Positions 29,338 to 44,197 are shown, numbered from the stretch's first letter. The stretch: 64,000 nt of DNA from Eledone cirrhosa (GCA_964016885.1 OZ024748.1:7564001-7628000), one strand, 5' to 3'. Made by a program: numbers and translations. The notes: generated from the sequence alone by a model not told the origin.

Positions 29338-30143
29338 TAGGGTGTAGTACATCATAAGGCGGGCCGCATAGGGTGTAGTACATCATAAGGCGGGCCGCAT
29401 AGGGTGTAGTACATCATAAGGCGGGCCGCATAGGGTGTAGTACATCATAAGGCGGGCCGTATAGGGTGTAGTACATCATAAGGCGGGCCGCATAGGATGT
29501 AGTACATCATAAGGCGGGCCGCATAGGGTGTAGTACATCATAAGGCGGGCCGCATAGGATGTAGTACATCATAAGGCGGGTCGTATAGGGTGTAGTACAT
29601 CATAAGGCGGGCCGCATAGGGTGTAGTACATCATAAGGCGGGCCGCATAGGGTGTAGTACATCATAAGGCGGGCCGCATAGGGTGTAGTACATCATAAGG
29701 CGGGCCGTATAGGGTGTAGTACATCATAAGGCGGGCCGCATAGGATGTAGTACATCATAAGGCGGGCCGCATAGGATGTAGTACATCATAAGGCGGGTCG
29801 TATAGGGTGTAGTACATCATAAGGCGGGCCGCATAGGATGTAGTACATCATAAGGCGGGCCGCATAGGATGTAGTACATCATAAGGCGGGCCGCATAGGA
29901 TGTAGTACATCATAAGGTGGGCCGCATAGGGTGTAGTACATCATAAGGCGGGCCGCATAGGACGTAGTACATCATAAGGCGGGTCGCATAGGGTGTAGTA
30001 CATCATAAGGCGGGCCGCATAGGGTGTAGTACATCATATGGAGGGCCGCATAGGGTGTAGTACATCATAAGGCGGGCCGCATGGGGTGTAGTACATCATA
30101 AGGCGGGTCGCATAGGGTGTAGTACATCATAAGGCGGGTCGCA
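29338..30143. repeat. 31-bp GC-rich minisatellite, about 26 copies
   Basis: Unit TAGGGTGTAGTACATCATAAGGCGGGCCGCA, head-to-tail with no spacers. Confidence 0.97.
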
Positions 30144-30169
30144 TTACTAAAAGGGTCAAGGCAATTTTG

Positions 30170-30345
30170 AAACATGCTTTACGGCATAGAGTTACATTCT
30201 GAGTTCAAATCCTGCCGGGATTAACTTTGCCTTTCATCCTTACGGGGTCGATAAAATAAAGTACTAGTAATACACTAGGGTCGATTTAATTAATTTTCTC
30301 TTCCACAAAAAATGTGTTAGCCTTGTGCCTATACCAGAAACTATT
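30170..30345 (+). mobile_element. tRNA-derived SINE family B
   Basis: GAGTTCAAATCC B box followed by GCCTTTCATCCTTACGGGGTCGATAAAATAAAGTAC, a Meta-like conserved domain (from recall). Confidence 0.8.
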
Positions 30346-30746
30346 ATATAGATTATATAGATTATATTGAGATATATTAGAACGTCGGGTAAATGTGTAG
30401 AAACATTTGATTTTTCACGCCCTGAGTTCAAATCCTGCCGAGGTCAGCTTCACCTTTGATCCTTTGAAGCTCAATAAAAAATGTACCTCTCCAAAACAGG
30501 GATCAATTCTTCCGCTATATCTTGTTCTCACTTCCTCTCTAACACTCCCCCTCCTTCTCTGGAAGAGGTTATTATCCCATATATACCAGGGTTACCAGAT
30601 ATATGAACAATTATACAAGTTAGAAATATGTATTTTGGTACATTAAGGGTTTACATAAGAGAAACCCTATAGTTTATGCTGGTTATTGACACGTGGAAGT
30701 GAAAAAAGATAAGAATAATACTTTAATCAAGTAGGTCTGATAAGAG

Positions 30747-30906
<160 letters not shown>

Positions 30907-30927
30907 ACATACCTATATATATATATT

Positions 30928-30967
30928 CCGAGCTGAGGATCCGCTAAGGTGAAACAATTGTTCTCGG
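30928..30967 (+). ncRNA. Minimal type I hammerhead motif (family P5)
   Basis: CCGAG-CTGAGGA-TCCGCTAAGGT-GAAAC-AATT-GTT-CTCGG in a ~70-bp insert between (TA)n tracts. Confidence 0.72.
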
Positions 30968-30994
30968 TATGGTGAACTAACTGTTGTGTAACCA

Positions 30995-31087
<93 letters not shown>

Positions 31088-32351
31088 GTATATATGCGTG
31101 TGTGTGTTCATGTATATATGCATAATTATACATACATAGCTACATACATAGCTACATACATACGTACATACATACATAGCTACATACATACATACATACA
31201 TACATACATACATACATACATACATACATACATACATACATACATACATACATACATACATACATGAGTTAATGTAGCATAACTCATGTGTTAATATCGG
31301 ATGTTATTGTTAAGGTGGAATTAATCACGCCATGTCTACAATAGCGACATAATTCTTTGTAAGATTGGCACGCCAGCTAACTTATTGTGAAACTAACGTG
31401 GCCAGAATATATATTTATAATTTGATAATTTGACAAATTATACTACCGTGAACTGCAGTTCAAGCGTTATTAAAAACACAGCAGCAATTACCTTTACTGA
31501 GAAAGCGATCTAGCGTTCTTGAAGCCTCTATTTCGATAGCTGCCGCTTGAAGACGACAACATGTCTCCAATGTCTTACTGTATTGTCAAGCAACCAGCAT
31601 TCATCTGTGTAAAGCAATAATCTTCCTTTAAACTCTCGCTGGCTATCCTATACCACATTAGACGTTTCTAGAGACACGCCCAGCTTTTTTGCTTTGCTTT
31701 ACTTTGCTCAGCTCAGCATCGTCGTCGTTTTCTCTGTCGTCTATATCTCTCTATTACACTTGATGGTGGCGGTGGGGGGAGAGGTTGTGGTAGTGGCGAT
31801 GACGATGGTTGTGATGGTAGTTGTGGTGGAAGTTGTGGTGTGGTGTGGTGGTGGTAAAGAAGAAGAAGAAGAAGACGAAGAAGAAGAAGAAGAAGAAGAA
31901 GAAGAAGAAGAAGAAGAAGAAGAAGAAGAAGAAGAAGAAGAAGAAGAAGAAGAAGAAGAAGAAGAAGAAGAAGAAGAAGAAGAAGAAGAAGAAGAAGAAG
32001 AAGAAGAAGAAGAAGAAGCCGGGTGCCTGATTTGATAATGGCTGCTTGGTTGGGAGGAGGTAAGCAGTTAAATGGATCAGAAAAATAGAAGCCGTTGTAG
32101 TAACGTTATCAAACATAGTGAGAGGACACAGCCGTCTTCTGAGCTTCTTTCTGTATTAAATACGTCACTGAGTAAACCTGTTGTCCATGTGTTGTAGTGG
32201 TGACCCTCTACATCAGAGGTTCTAAAACGTTTTGGGGCCCCATCTCCCACTACGGCCATGCAATACCCTTAGCGCCCCACCCCTAGTTCCAGAGAGACCT
32301 GCCTACTTGCAAATTGTAAATAATATATAATAGATAAAATCGTTAATTTAT

Positions 32352-33809
32352 ATATAATAAATAATATATATATACTATGTATAAATAAATATATATTTTT
32401 TATTTTACTATATGTCTATATAATAAATAATATATATACTATGTATAAATAAATATATATTTTTTATTTTACTATATGTCTATATAATAAATAATATATA
32501 TACTATGTATAAATAAATATATATTTTTTATTTTACTATATGTCTATATAATAAATAATATATATACTATGTATAAATAAATATATATTTTTTATTTTAC
32601 TATATGTCTATATAATATATAATATAATATATACTATGTATAAATAAATATATATTTTTTATTTTACTATATGTCTATATAATATATAATATAATATATA
32701 CTATGTATAAATAAATATATATTTTTTATTTTACTATATGTATATATAATAAATAATATAATATATACTATGTATAAATAAATATATATTTTTTTATTTT
32801 ACTATATGTATATATAATAAATAATATAATATATTCTATGTATAAATAAATATATATTTTTTATTTTACTATATGTATATATAATAAATAATATATATAC
32901 TATGTATAAATAAATATATATTTTTTATTTTACTATATGTATATATAATAAATAATATAATATATACTATGTATAAATAAATATATTTTTTTTATTTTAC
33001 TATATGTCTATATAATAAATAATATATATACTATGTATAAATAAATATATATTTTTTATTTTACTATATGTCTATATAATATATAATATAATATATACTA
33101 TGTATAAATAAATATATTTTTTTATTTTACTATATGTATATATAATATATAATATAATATATACTATGTATAAATAAATATATTTTTTTTATTTTACTAT
33201 ATGTATATATAATAAATAATATAATATATACTATGTATAAATAAATATATTTTTTTTATTTTACTATATGTCTATATAATAAATAATATATATACTATGT
33301 ATAAATAAATATATTTTTTTATTTTACTATATGTCTATATAATATATAATATAATATATACTATGTATAAATAAATATATTTTTTTATTTTACTATATGT
33401 ATATATAATATATAATATAATATATACTATGTATAAATAAATATATTTTTTTTATTTTACTATATGTATATATAATATATAATATAATATATACTATGTA
33501 TAAATAAATATATTTTTTTAATTTTACTATATGTATATATAATAAATAATATAATATATACTATATATAAATAAATATATTTTTTATTTTACTATATGTA
33601 TATATAATATAATATATACTATGTATAAATAAATATATATTTTTTATTTTACTATATGTATATATAATAAATAATATAATATATACTATGTATAAATAAA
33701 TATATTTTTTTTATTTTACTATATGTATATATAATAAATAATATAATATATACTATGTATAAATAAATATATTTTTTTTATTTTACTATATGTATATATA
33801 ATAAATAAT
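32352..33809. repeat. AT-rich ~62-68-bp satellite, about 22 copies
   Basis: Unit TATAATAAATAAT(ATAAT)ATATACTATGTATAAATAAATATATATTTTTTATTTTACTATATGTC. Confidence 0.95.
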
Positions 33810-33985
33810 TGTTTCTATTTTTGGCACAAGACCAGCAAATACCCAGTGCATTACTGGTACTTTATTTTATCGACCCCGGAAGGATGAAAGGCAAAGTTAA
33901 CCTCGGCGGGATTTGAACTCAGATCCTACAGGGAGGTAACTCTATGCTTCAAAGAATGGCGTCCGACCTTCTACCGATACTGCCA
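33810..33985 (-). mobile_element. SINE family B inserted in the satellite
   Basis: Homologous to 36289-36482; a satellite remnant resumes at 33986. Confidence 0.85.
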
Positions 33986-34586
33986 AATAAATAATATAAT
34001 ATATTCTATGTATAAATAAATATTATATAGACCCCAGTGCCACCTTAGTCCACATTAGATCCCAGCTACCCCTTAGTTCACAGCGCCCCACGGGGACGGT
34101 AGCGCTCATTTGAGCACCTCAGCGCCACATCTTTAACAGTTGGCTGACATTACACAACCAGAGAGGTTTTATCAGATATTTTATTATAAGAGTGGAATTA
34201 ATTTGAAAATACTTTAACGAGTTAAGAATTCAGTGAAGTAAAGGTTGTAGTTGATGGTTGCCATGACGAAATATACAATTATTTAGCGAATTAATTACTT
34301 CTTCTCTGTAAGAGGGGACACACTAATTGGTTTAGGTCGATTGAAAAATCAATCATATATCTTGAACATGCTGTCTCGTTCTGTATCACTGTCTGTCTGT
34401 CGGTCTGTCAGTTTTCTTCACTCTCTCTCGTTCTCTCCCTCTCTCCCACTCTGTCTCTCTCTCTCTCTCCCTCTCTCCCACTCTCTCTCTTCCTCTCTCT
34501 CTCCCACTCTGTCTCTCTCTCCCTCTCACATTCTTTCTATGTGTGTGTATGTGAATATATATATTATATGTGTCTGTGTGTATGTA

Positions 34587-34668
<82 letters not shown>

Positions 34669-34670
34669 TT

Positions 34671-34708
<38 letters not shown>

Positions 34709-34731
34709 CATATATTTATATATATATATAC

Positions 34732-34881
<150 letters not shown>

Positions 34882-34971
34882 TGGGGGAGAGATAAAGCAA
34901 GAGTGTGGGGGAGAGAGTGAGGTACTCTGGTGAAAGGATGACAGAATCAGAAAGACAACTTGATTATACTT

Positions 34972-35775
34972 TCACCACCACCACACCACCACCGCCACTA
35001 CACCCCACCATCACAACCCCACCACCACCAACACTACACCCCACCATCACCACACCACCGCCACTACACCCCACCACCACCACACCACCACCACCAACAC
35101 TACACCCCACCACCACCACCACCACTACACCCCACCACCACCACACCACCACCACCACTACACCCCACCACCACCACGACTACACAACCACAACACCACC
35201 ACCACCGCCACTACACCCCACCACTACACCCCACCACCAACACCAGCACAACACCACCACCACCACCTTCACTACACCCACTACCACACCACCACCAACA
35301 CTACACCACCACTACCACCACCACCACCACCACCACCACCACCACCACCACCACCACCACCAAAAACTCTTCCATTATCATGTCATAAATTATATTTATG
35401 AAAACCCCCAATGATATTGTCTACAGTGCCCCAGCATGGCCTCAGTCTAGGTAATTACTTAAATACAATAGCAATTAGTGCTATACTCTTAACCAACACA
35501 CGGCTGAATATTCCGTCATTACATCTAACTAAAGCGTATAATGCCTGTTGTGGTGGTGGTGGTGGTGGTGGTGGTGGTGGAGTGGTGGTAGTGGTGGTGG
35601 TGGTGGTGGTGTCGTGGTGGTAGTAGTGGTATCGTGGTGGTGGTGGTGGTGGCGGTAGTGGTGGTGTAGTGGTGGTGGTGGTGGCGGTGGTGGCGGTGGC
35701 GGTGGTGGTGGTGGTGGTGTAGTGGTGGTGGTGGTGGCGGTGGCGATGGCGGTGGTGGTGGTGGTGGTGGTGGTG
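34972..35775. repeat. (CAC)n-rich and (GTG)n-rich tracts in opposite orientation
   Basis: 34972-35361 is CAC-rich; 35550-35775 is GGT-rich. Confidence 0.9.
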
Positions 35776-35977
35776 GAAGTGGGCGAGGGGGAACATGAAA
35801 TAATAAGATAGTCAGTTATAATACTGTCGACATTGACTCCACCCAAATACTCGGGTGGGTGGGACTGTGTTATATATATATATAGAGAGAGAGAGAGGGG
35901 GAGTGTGTCGTCAGCCGGAGGGGGGTGAGTGTCTCTCTCTCTATATATATATATACATGATTGTGTGGGTACAGTGT

Positions 35978-36059
<82 letters not shown>

Positions 36060-36288
36060 AGTCAGCGGGAGATGCGTGTGTGTTTATATACATGACTGTG
36101 AGGGGCAGGGCGAAATATAGTGAAATATTTACATTATATACAGAGAGTAAGAGAGAGTAAGAGAGAGAAAGAGACGGGTGAGAGAGAGTGAGTTAAAGGA
36201 AGAGAGACAGACACAGTGAGGGGGATGGAGAGAGAGAAACAAAGACAAGGAGAGAGAGTGCAGAAAGCATTATTATATAAAGTTAAAC

Positions 36289-36482
36289 GGCGGTGGATTG
36301 GCAGTATCGGTAGAGGGTCGGACGCCATGCTTTGAGGCATAGAGTTACGGCCCTTGCCATTCTGAGTTCAAATCCCGCCGAGGTTAACTTTTCCTTTCAT
36401 CTTTACGGGGTCGATAAAATAAAGTACCAGTAATACACTGGGATAATTGCTGGCCTTTTGCCTAACGTAGAAACTAGAAACA
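36289..36482 (+). mobile_element. Full-length SINE family B with 18-bp TSD
   Basis: A-box-like TGGCAGTATCGG, B box GAGTTCAAATCC; ATTATTATATAAAGTTAA at 36269-36286 and 36483-36500. Confidence 0.9.
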
Positions 36483-36547
36483 ATTATTATATAAAGTTAA
36501 GTTTATTGTTCGATTTAGTTATAATATATCCTAGACATTATACCTAG

Positions 36548-36620
<73 letters not shown>

Positions 36621-36667
36621 CCCGTATAGGATGAAAGCAGAAATTAATTGCTTAAACTTTAATCTAG

Positions 36668-36718
<51 letters not shown>

Positions 36719-37269
36719 GGAAAAGAGGGTAATACTTTTAATTTATCAAGTCTTCAATATATGTATAAGAAACTTAGAAGCTTCCTCTCACTTCCCCCCA
36801 TTACTTCTTCAGTACTTTTTAATTTATCAATTATCGAAGAATAAAAATCAATCTTAACTCCTTCCGCCGGGATTTGAACTCATAAAGTGCCACATACAAA
36901 TGCCACAAAGAATTTTGTGCGATGCTCTAACGATTCTACCAAAACATCACACACAGATTGAAAAATAATACTGAAGAGGGTGGGAAGAAAAACAAAGAAA
37001 GAACAAAATTAGATAACAAAATTAGATAACAAAATTAGATAATATATTTGTCATACTAAATAATTTCTATATTTGCAATCAAGACCGTTGTTTTGTGTTT
37101 CAGATCTTCTTATCTTTAAACAATAAACACTGTGGGAATTATTTTGTTTGAAATATCTTTGGTATTAAACAAGAGTCAAGTTTACTTTGTAATATATCTT
37201 CATTACTCAGCTGATATCGCTAATAAATTCAGCTTTTATTCTGTAGATATACTAGCTTTTATTTCATAT

Positions 37270-37364
37270 ACAGGGTGTCCTCAAAAAATGTATACACACT
37301 TCAACAGCATTCGAATAAATATGTGTATATATGTGTATATATTTGTTTTGGGGGGGGACACCCT
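37270..37364. mobile_element. Short Tc1/mariner-like MITE
   Basis: TA-CAGGGTGTCCTCAAAAAATGTATACACAC ... TTTTGGGGGGGACACCCT; another TIR copy at 38749-38779. Confidence 0.6.
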
Positions 37365-37456
37365 CATCTGATAATTTACTAATTACTTTTTACTGATATA
37401 ATTCGCATTAATATTCTAATATTCTAAAAGATATTATAGATATCATATCAAACGAC

Positions 37457-37530
<74 letters not shown>

Positions 37531-38188
37531 AATATATATATATATATATACATCAAACATTTAGCGATAAGAACCTCACAGCTGGAGGTGTTCATCAGAC
37601 ATCAGATGATGTATGTTTTTATCAGTGTCACCCCTGTATATCTCATCTATAGTTACCCCTTACGTTACCATATCTCTAGTGAAATAGGATACCTCTTTCG
37701 TTACCATATCTCTAATGAAAGACACACCATATGATTTGCAAATTACTGTAGAAAGCAACCAGCATTCCTTTTTTTTTAATATACTTTCTTATTTTACATT
37801 CCATTCTTTCTTCTCAATCTAAGTTTTCTTTTTTCTTTTTCTATTAAATTATATTTACATCATATATTTTACATAGAATATAGATCTTTTTACAATGAAA
37901 AAAAAAATCAAGCATTTAGAGTCGTTTAATGATATAACTGACATTCTCATTATCAAGTTGATGTTTGAGGGAGGGGACATAACTTAACGAAGTTTCTGAT
38001 TAACAATTATGATGGAAGGTTTTTAGGTAAATATAATCATTCTAAAGCAAATAGATATCATAAAACGAAAGTTAGCTTCAAGCTGTTTTGTAATAATTAA
38101 GCTGGTGTTTGGAATGTAACTTAATAAAGGTTTTTACATAGAATTATGATAGAAAACGTTTAGATAAATATAAGCACTTTGAAATAAT

Positions 38189-38375
38189 TGTTTCTACTTT
38201 TGGCACAAGGCCATCAATTACCCAGTGCATTACTGGTACTTTATTTTATCGACCCCGTAAGGATGAAAGGCAAAGTTAACCTCGGTGGGATTTGAACTCA
38301 GACCGCAAAGGGACGTAACTATGCTGGAAAGCATGGCGTCCGACCCCTCTACCGATACTGCCAAGCCACCACCCT
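38189..38375 (-). mobile_element. Full-length SINE family B with 11-bp TSD
   Basis: TTTGAAATAAT at 38178-38188 and 38376-38386. Confidence 0.88.
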
Positions 38376-38645
38376 TTTGAAATAATATCTTTGTATCATA
38401 GAATTAGGGACGGTTACGGGCAGATTGCTATCAAAGGGTTTAGCTGGTGTTTGGAACATAACTTAACAAAGAGTACAACAAAGATCATTTTCTAACAAGA
38501 AAACAAATAAGTATAGGGGAAGAAATTATTACAGCTAAAAATATCATGTCAGCTTAAGATTTGGAAGAAACGTGCTTTAATTAATTAAAATGTAATATTA
38601 TTAACCATTTTGGTCTTATTTATCATTGTTATATATGTATATATG

Positions 38646-38741
<96 letters not shown>

Positions 38742-38863
38742 GGTAATCAAAGTGTGTATACATTTGTTTGAGACACCCTTTTTCATATTACCTACTCTAC
38801 TACCCCAAGTATTGAGTACACTGGTGAGTAATGGTCTAACTGGTTTTTACTGCATCCATTCTG

Positions 38864-38970
<107 letters not shown>

Positions 38971-38972
38971 TG

Positions 38973-39162
<190 letters not shown>

Positions 39163-39209
39163 CATACAATATATTAATAAATGGAAACTATATTTACAAA
39201 ACCATATTT

Positions 39210-39273
39210 ATTTTATTATACATATTTCAAGGGCAACCAAGGCAAATTATGGTGCGCTTTCATCAGATAAAAT
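39210..39273 (-). ncRNA. Minimal hammerhead motif (P4-related)
   Basis: ATTTTAT-CTGATGA-AAGCGCACCA...TGGTTGCCCTT-GAAA-TATGTA-TA-ATAAAAT. Confidence 0.78.
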
Positions 39274-39394
39274 ACAGATTTGTTTCATAAAAGACAACCT
39301 TAACGGTAATGCTTTATATCAGTTATAAACATTTTTAAGCCTGTTGAATCCCAACAAATTAAATATAACCTCTGCATATATATATATGTATGTA

Positions 39395-39490
<96 letters not shown>

Positions 39491-39633
39491 TGTGTGTGTG
39501 TGTGCGCGCGTGCGCGCGCGTGTGTGTGCGTGTGCGTGTGCGTGTGCGTGTGTGTGTGTGTGTGCGTGTGTGCGCGTATGTGTGTGTGTGTGCGTGTGCG
39601 TGTGCGTGTGTGTGTGTGTGCGTGTGTGCGCGC

Positions 39634-39705
<72 letters not shown>

Positions 39706-40294
39706 CTAAATGTATATAAGTGTACTCTATAGGAATATTAATCTAAGTGTAGATAATTCTAACACATGCTGTTTATGGTACAAGGTAATATTCCAAACTT
39801 GGCAACTTTATACAATACAAACAAAGTCTATTTTAATCTAATCTACATCTTAACAGATTCCAATGTTTAATCGGTTCATATCTCTATTTCTATAGACTGA
39901 TAACTTATATCTCCCACTTATATTCCTCCTATCTAGAGATGTCTTTCTAGTTCTATATTACTTCTCTCTATCTCTCTATCTCTCTATCTCTCTATCTCTC
40001 TATCACTCTCTCACACATACACACATGCACACACATATATATATATACACACACACTTTCATTCACTCTCTCTTTTTCTCATATATATATATATATATAT
40101 GAGCGTGTATATGTGTGTATGGTTGTATATATGCACAAACACACATACACACACACACACATAAATATATATATATATCCAGGTAGTGTAATATATATAT
40201 ACACACACACACACATAAAATTTAATATAGAAATGGTTTCTACAGGATTAGAACTGTTTCGAATGAAACAGTTCTAGTCCTGTAGTATATATAC

Positions 40295-40386
<92 letters not shown>

Positions 40387-40421
40387 CCAAAGATTAATAT
40401 ATGTCACATATCAAATCTTAT

Positions 40422-40482
40422 ATTTTGTCTGATGAAAACGCACTTAAACACCATTGTACCTTTGAAATATGTATAATAAAAT
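40422..40482 (+). ncRNA. Minimal hammerhead motif (P4-related)
   Basis: ATTTTGT-CTGATGA-AAACGCA...TGTACCTTT-GAAA-TATGTA-TA-ATAAAAT. Confidence 0.65.
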
Positions 40483-41892
40483 ATATATTTTGATTATAAG
40501 AATATTTTTCATTTATTAATATTTTGAATAATATATATATATATATGTGTGTGTGTGTATATCTATATATATATGGGGGGAGTGTAATCGAAATGCGGAG
40601 AGATAGAGAGAGAGAGGGGGGGGAGATCCCTTATATTGAAAGTGTCATGCTCAAGTGATATCTGTGACAACAGTAATGGTTGTTGGTTTATATAGAATGT
40701 CAGGAGAATTCTTGGCTGGAACTATAGAACCACGTGAGGGTAAGAGGGAGACAGAGTGTGCTACACACAGACACACAGGCACACACACACATACTCACAC
40801 ACACATACACTCACACAAACATACACACAGAGAGACGGACACACAGACACACACACAGACAGACACACACACACAGATACACATACACACACACACACTC
40901 CACACACCATGACATGAAACCAATAACAAGAACAATATCAATCAAAACCACCACCACCACCACCACACCAACAACAACATTAACAACAACAACAACAACA
41001 ACAAAACAAGTTAATCAGACTAATCTGAAATTAAAACCCGAAACAAAACAAGATGTGGGTGGGGTGAAGCTACTAGTGGGTGGAGGGGTTATTGTGGGTT
41101 TAGGGAGTTAAAGGATTTCCACCATGGTCGTAGTCTTTTCCCTTTTTTTTACACTATTCCACTCTCCTAGGAACCAATCCCCACCCTACCATCTTTCCTA
41201 CTCACACTCTGCTTCACCAACTAAGACAATCCTTTTCCATCAATGTCTCCCCTATTTCTGTGTCCCCTGACCCACCATTCCCGTACCAACCCTTAACTCT
41301 CGTTTCTTCCAGCTGCTCCACCACAGCAAATGTCATCGAGTATTAATGAGAAAATCCTTTTTTTTTTTTTTTTGTGCTGATGCCAGACTCGAAGACCCCT
41401 ACACTAACACCAACACTACAACACCAACATTACAACACCAACACCACCAACACCACAACACCAACACCACAACACCAACATTACAACATCAACACCACAA
41501 CACCAACACCACAACACCAACACCACAACACCAACACCAACCTCACACCAACATTACAACACCAACACCACAACACCGACTCTAACATCACAACACCAAC
41601 ACCACAAGACTTGGTTGATTGGTTAGATGGTGAGTTGGTTGTCTTGGTGGGTTACTGGGTTGTTGTTAGGTTAGTTGGTTGGCTTATATATACATAAACA
41701 TTGAAATAATTTTGAAAACCATACCATAATCCCAATTATTTAATTTGTTAAGGTTAGATTCTATTGTTATCTTAACAATTTTAATTTTCTAGTGCATTGT
41801 ATGGTTTTCAAAATTATCTAAATGTGTATTTCCTATTCAACAATGCTTCATGCAAACTACAACACTCTGTAATGTATATATATATATATATT

Positions 41893-42046
41893 CTAGGGCG
41901 GGTAAAATTCACGAGATCCATGGACGAGTTCTCTCCAGCGGTCTCTGTCCCTCATTATCGCTGCCATGTCCTGCGTCTCCAACAGACCAGTGTCTGTCCT
42001 TAGGGCATCAACATACGTTAACCTTGGTCTTCCTCTCTTCCAGGAA
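41893..42046 (-). mobile_element. 3' end fragment of an RTE-like LINE ORF
   Basis: KRGRPRLTYVDALRTDTGL...IMRDRDRWRELV, a typical RTE C-terminus, flanked by (TA)n. Confidence 0.75.
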
Positions 42047-42047
42047 G

Positions 42048-42105
<58 letters not shown>

Positions 42106-42244
42106 TGCAAATGCCACATTACGAATATACATTGTTAGTATTCTTTGAGACAGGTTTTGTTCGACGGACGTTCAAACCATATCTCATTGGTTGAGGAATT
42201 GTGAGAGCAAACAGCTTTATGGCTAATACTAACTATAACCTCGT

Positions 42245-42405
<161 letters not shown>

Positions 42406-42717
42406 ATAAGAAACGGAGTGATATTGAATTGAATTATCCAGCTAATTCTGTAATTCCATCGACCACAAGGTTGTCCGCCTCTTCTACAATCGAAGATTAA
42501 GACAGCCATTTTTATGGCATCACATGTCTAATCCAATACATGTCTTCAGAAGCTAACAAAAAATACCAACTACTCATTTGAACAGACTTAGAGTAATGCT
42601 ATCTATCTATCTTTCTATCTATTTATCTATCTGTCTTTCTATCTATCTATTTATCTGTCTTTCTATCTACCAATCTATCTATCTACCAATATATCTATCT
42701 ATCTATCTCTCCCCCTA

Positions 42718-42819
<102 letters not shown>

Positions 42820-42880
42820 TACATATATATATATATATTTATTTATCTACTTATTTATCTATCTATCTATAACTATATCT

Positions 42881-42942
<62 letters not shown>

Positions 42943-42961
42943 TTACATACGTTGATAGATA

Positions 42962-43103
42962 TATTTCTTTATTAGCCACAGGGGCACAAAAGAAGGGGAC
43001 AAATACAAAGGGGGAAGTTTACATACAATAAAAACGTGTAAAATGTTATCACAGATGGAATTTAAAAGTTAGTCGATTTTCCCCAATAGAGGGAGACAGT
43101 TTA
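42962..43103 (-). mobile_element. 5'-truncated Tx1-type LINE 3' UTR with 18-bp TSD
   Basis: Reverse complement of about 44035-44176; TACATACGTTGATAGATA at 42944-42961 and 43104-43121. Confidence 0.85.
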
Positions 43104-43726
43104 TACATACGTTGATAGATAAATAGATGGATAGATAGAAATATATATATGTGTGTGTGTGTGTGTGTGTACGTATGTATATAAAACTATGCAGACACAC
43201 ACACACTAGCACACACACACCTACACGCACATACACACATATTCCTAAATTTGATTTCCTATCTCCCTTCTTTTCCTTCTTTCCTTTCTTCCTTCTTCAC
43301 CCCCCCCCCCCCCCCCAACCCTACCCCTACTCCTTACCTTCACGTCAGTCTTTTTTTCTTTTTTTTTCTTTTTTTCTTCACCTCAACAACTAAAACATCC
43401 CTCGTCCCTTCTTCTTCATCATTCCATTATTTCTTCCAACCATTCCTTCACCCTTATCATTATTCATATATGTCTTTATATATATATATATATTTATTTA
43501 TATATTTATATATTTACATAATGTTTGTTTCTTTCTTTCTTTGTTTCTTTCTTTATTTCTTTATTTATTTATTTAATCCTTTACCATTCTTTAATATAAT
43601 GTCGGCCTGAGGGAGACGTTTATGTCCATTTCTGGCAACGAAACGCTATAGATTAGCGGCCATGTCAAAAACCAATATATATGCATTAATCCAAGGTTTA
43701 ATTCTGACGATTGCTATGTAGTTATA

Positions 43727-43787
<61 letters not shown>

Positions 43788-43799
43788 GTATATTATATT

Positions 43800-44176
43800 C
43801 TTTTTTTCAAATACCACTTTGGAAGAAGAATCAGGATGGAGAGAGAGGTGCTGTACCCCAGCAAGTTTTATGAAAGGTGGGTGAAAGTGGCGAGAATGGC
43901 CCGAGTGAATGGGCCTTCTCTCTATATCAGCCTGTAGGTTGAGGAAAAGGAGGAGGAGAGGAAAGGAGTACAAGCTCTTCGTACTCCTGGAGATGAGGGT
44001 TGCACATTTTTTTCGGGGGTCTGTGTTACCCATATAAACTGTCTCCCTCTATTGGGGAAAATCGACTAACTTTTAAATTCCATCTGTGATAACATTTTAC
44101 ACGTTTTTATTGTATGTAAACTTCCCCCTTTGTATTTGTCCCCTTCTTTTGTGCCCCTGTGGCTAATAAAGAAATA
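43800..44176 (+). mobile_element. 5'-truncated L1/Tx1-type LINE 3' end (copy A)
   Basis: FFKYHFGRRIRMEREVLYPSKFYERWVKVARMARVNG followed by a UTR ending AATAAAGAAATA. Confidence 0.8.
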
Positions 44177-44197
44177 TATCTATCTGTATATTATATT

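Larger units (their letters stand above)
32214..34122. mobile_element. hAT-like MITE expanded by an internal satellite and a SINE
   Basis: Imperfect TIRs CAGAGGTTCTAAAA and TTTGAGCACCTCAG; 8-bp flanks CTCTACAT and CGCCACAT. Confidence 0.55.

Noticed and set aside
29338-30143. CRISPR-like 31-bp repeat array
   Set aside because: Units are head-to-tail with no unique spacers, there are no cas genes, and the context is eukaryotic.
36289-36380. tRNA gene
   Set aside because: The A/B boxes belong to a multicopy SINE head with TSD; no cloverleaf.
43608-43662. Hammerhead-like CTGAGGGA...GAAACGCTA..TAGCGGCC
   Set aside because: Both the core and the cleavage triplet deviate; possibly a decayed copy but not supportable.
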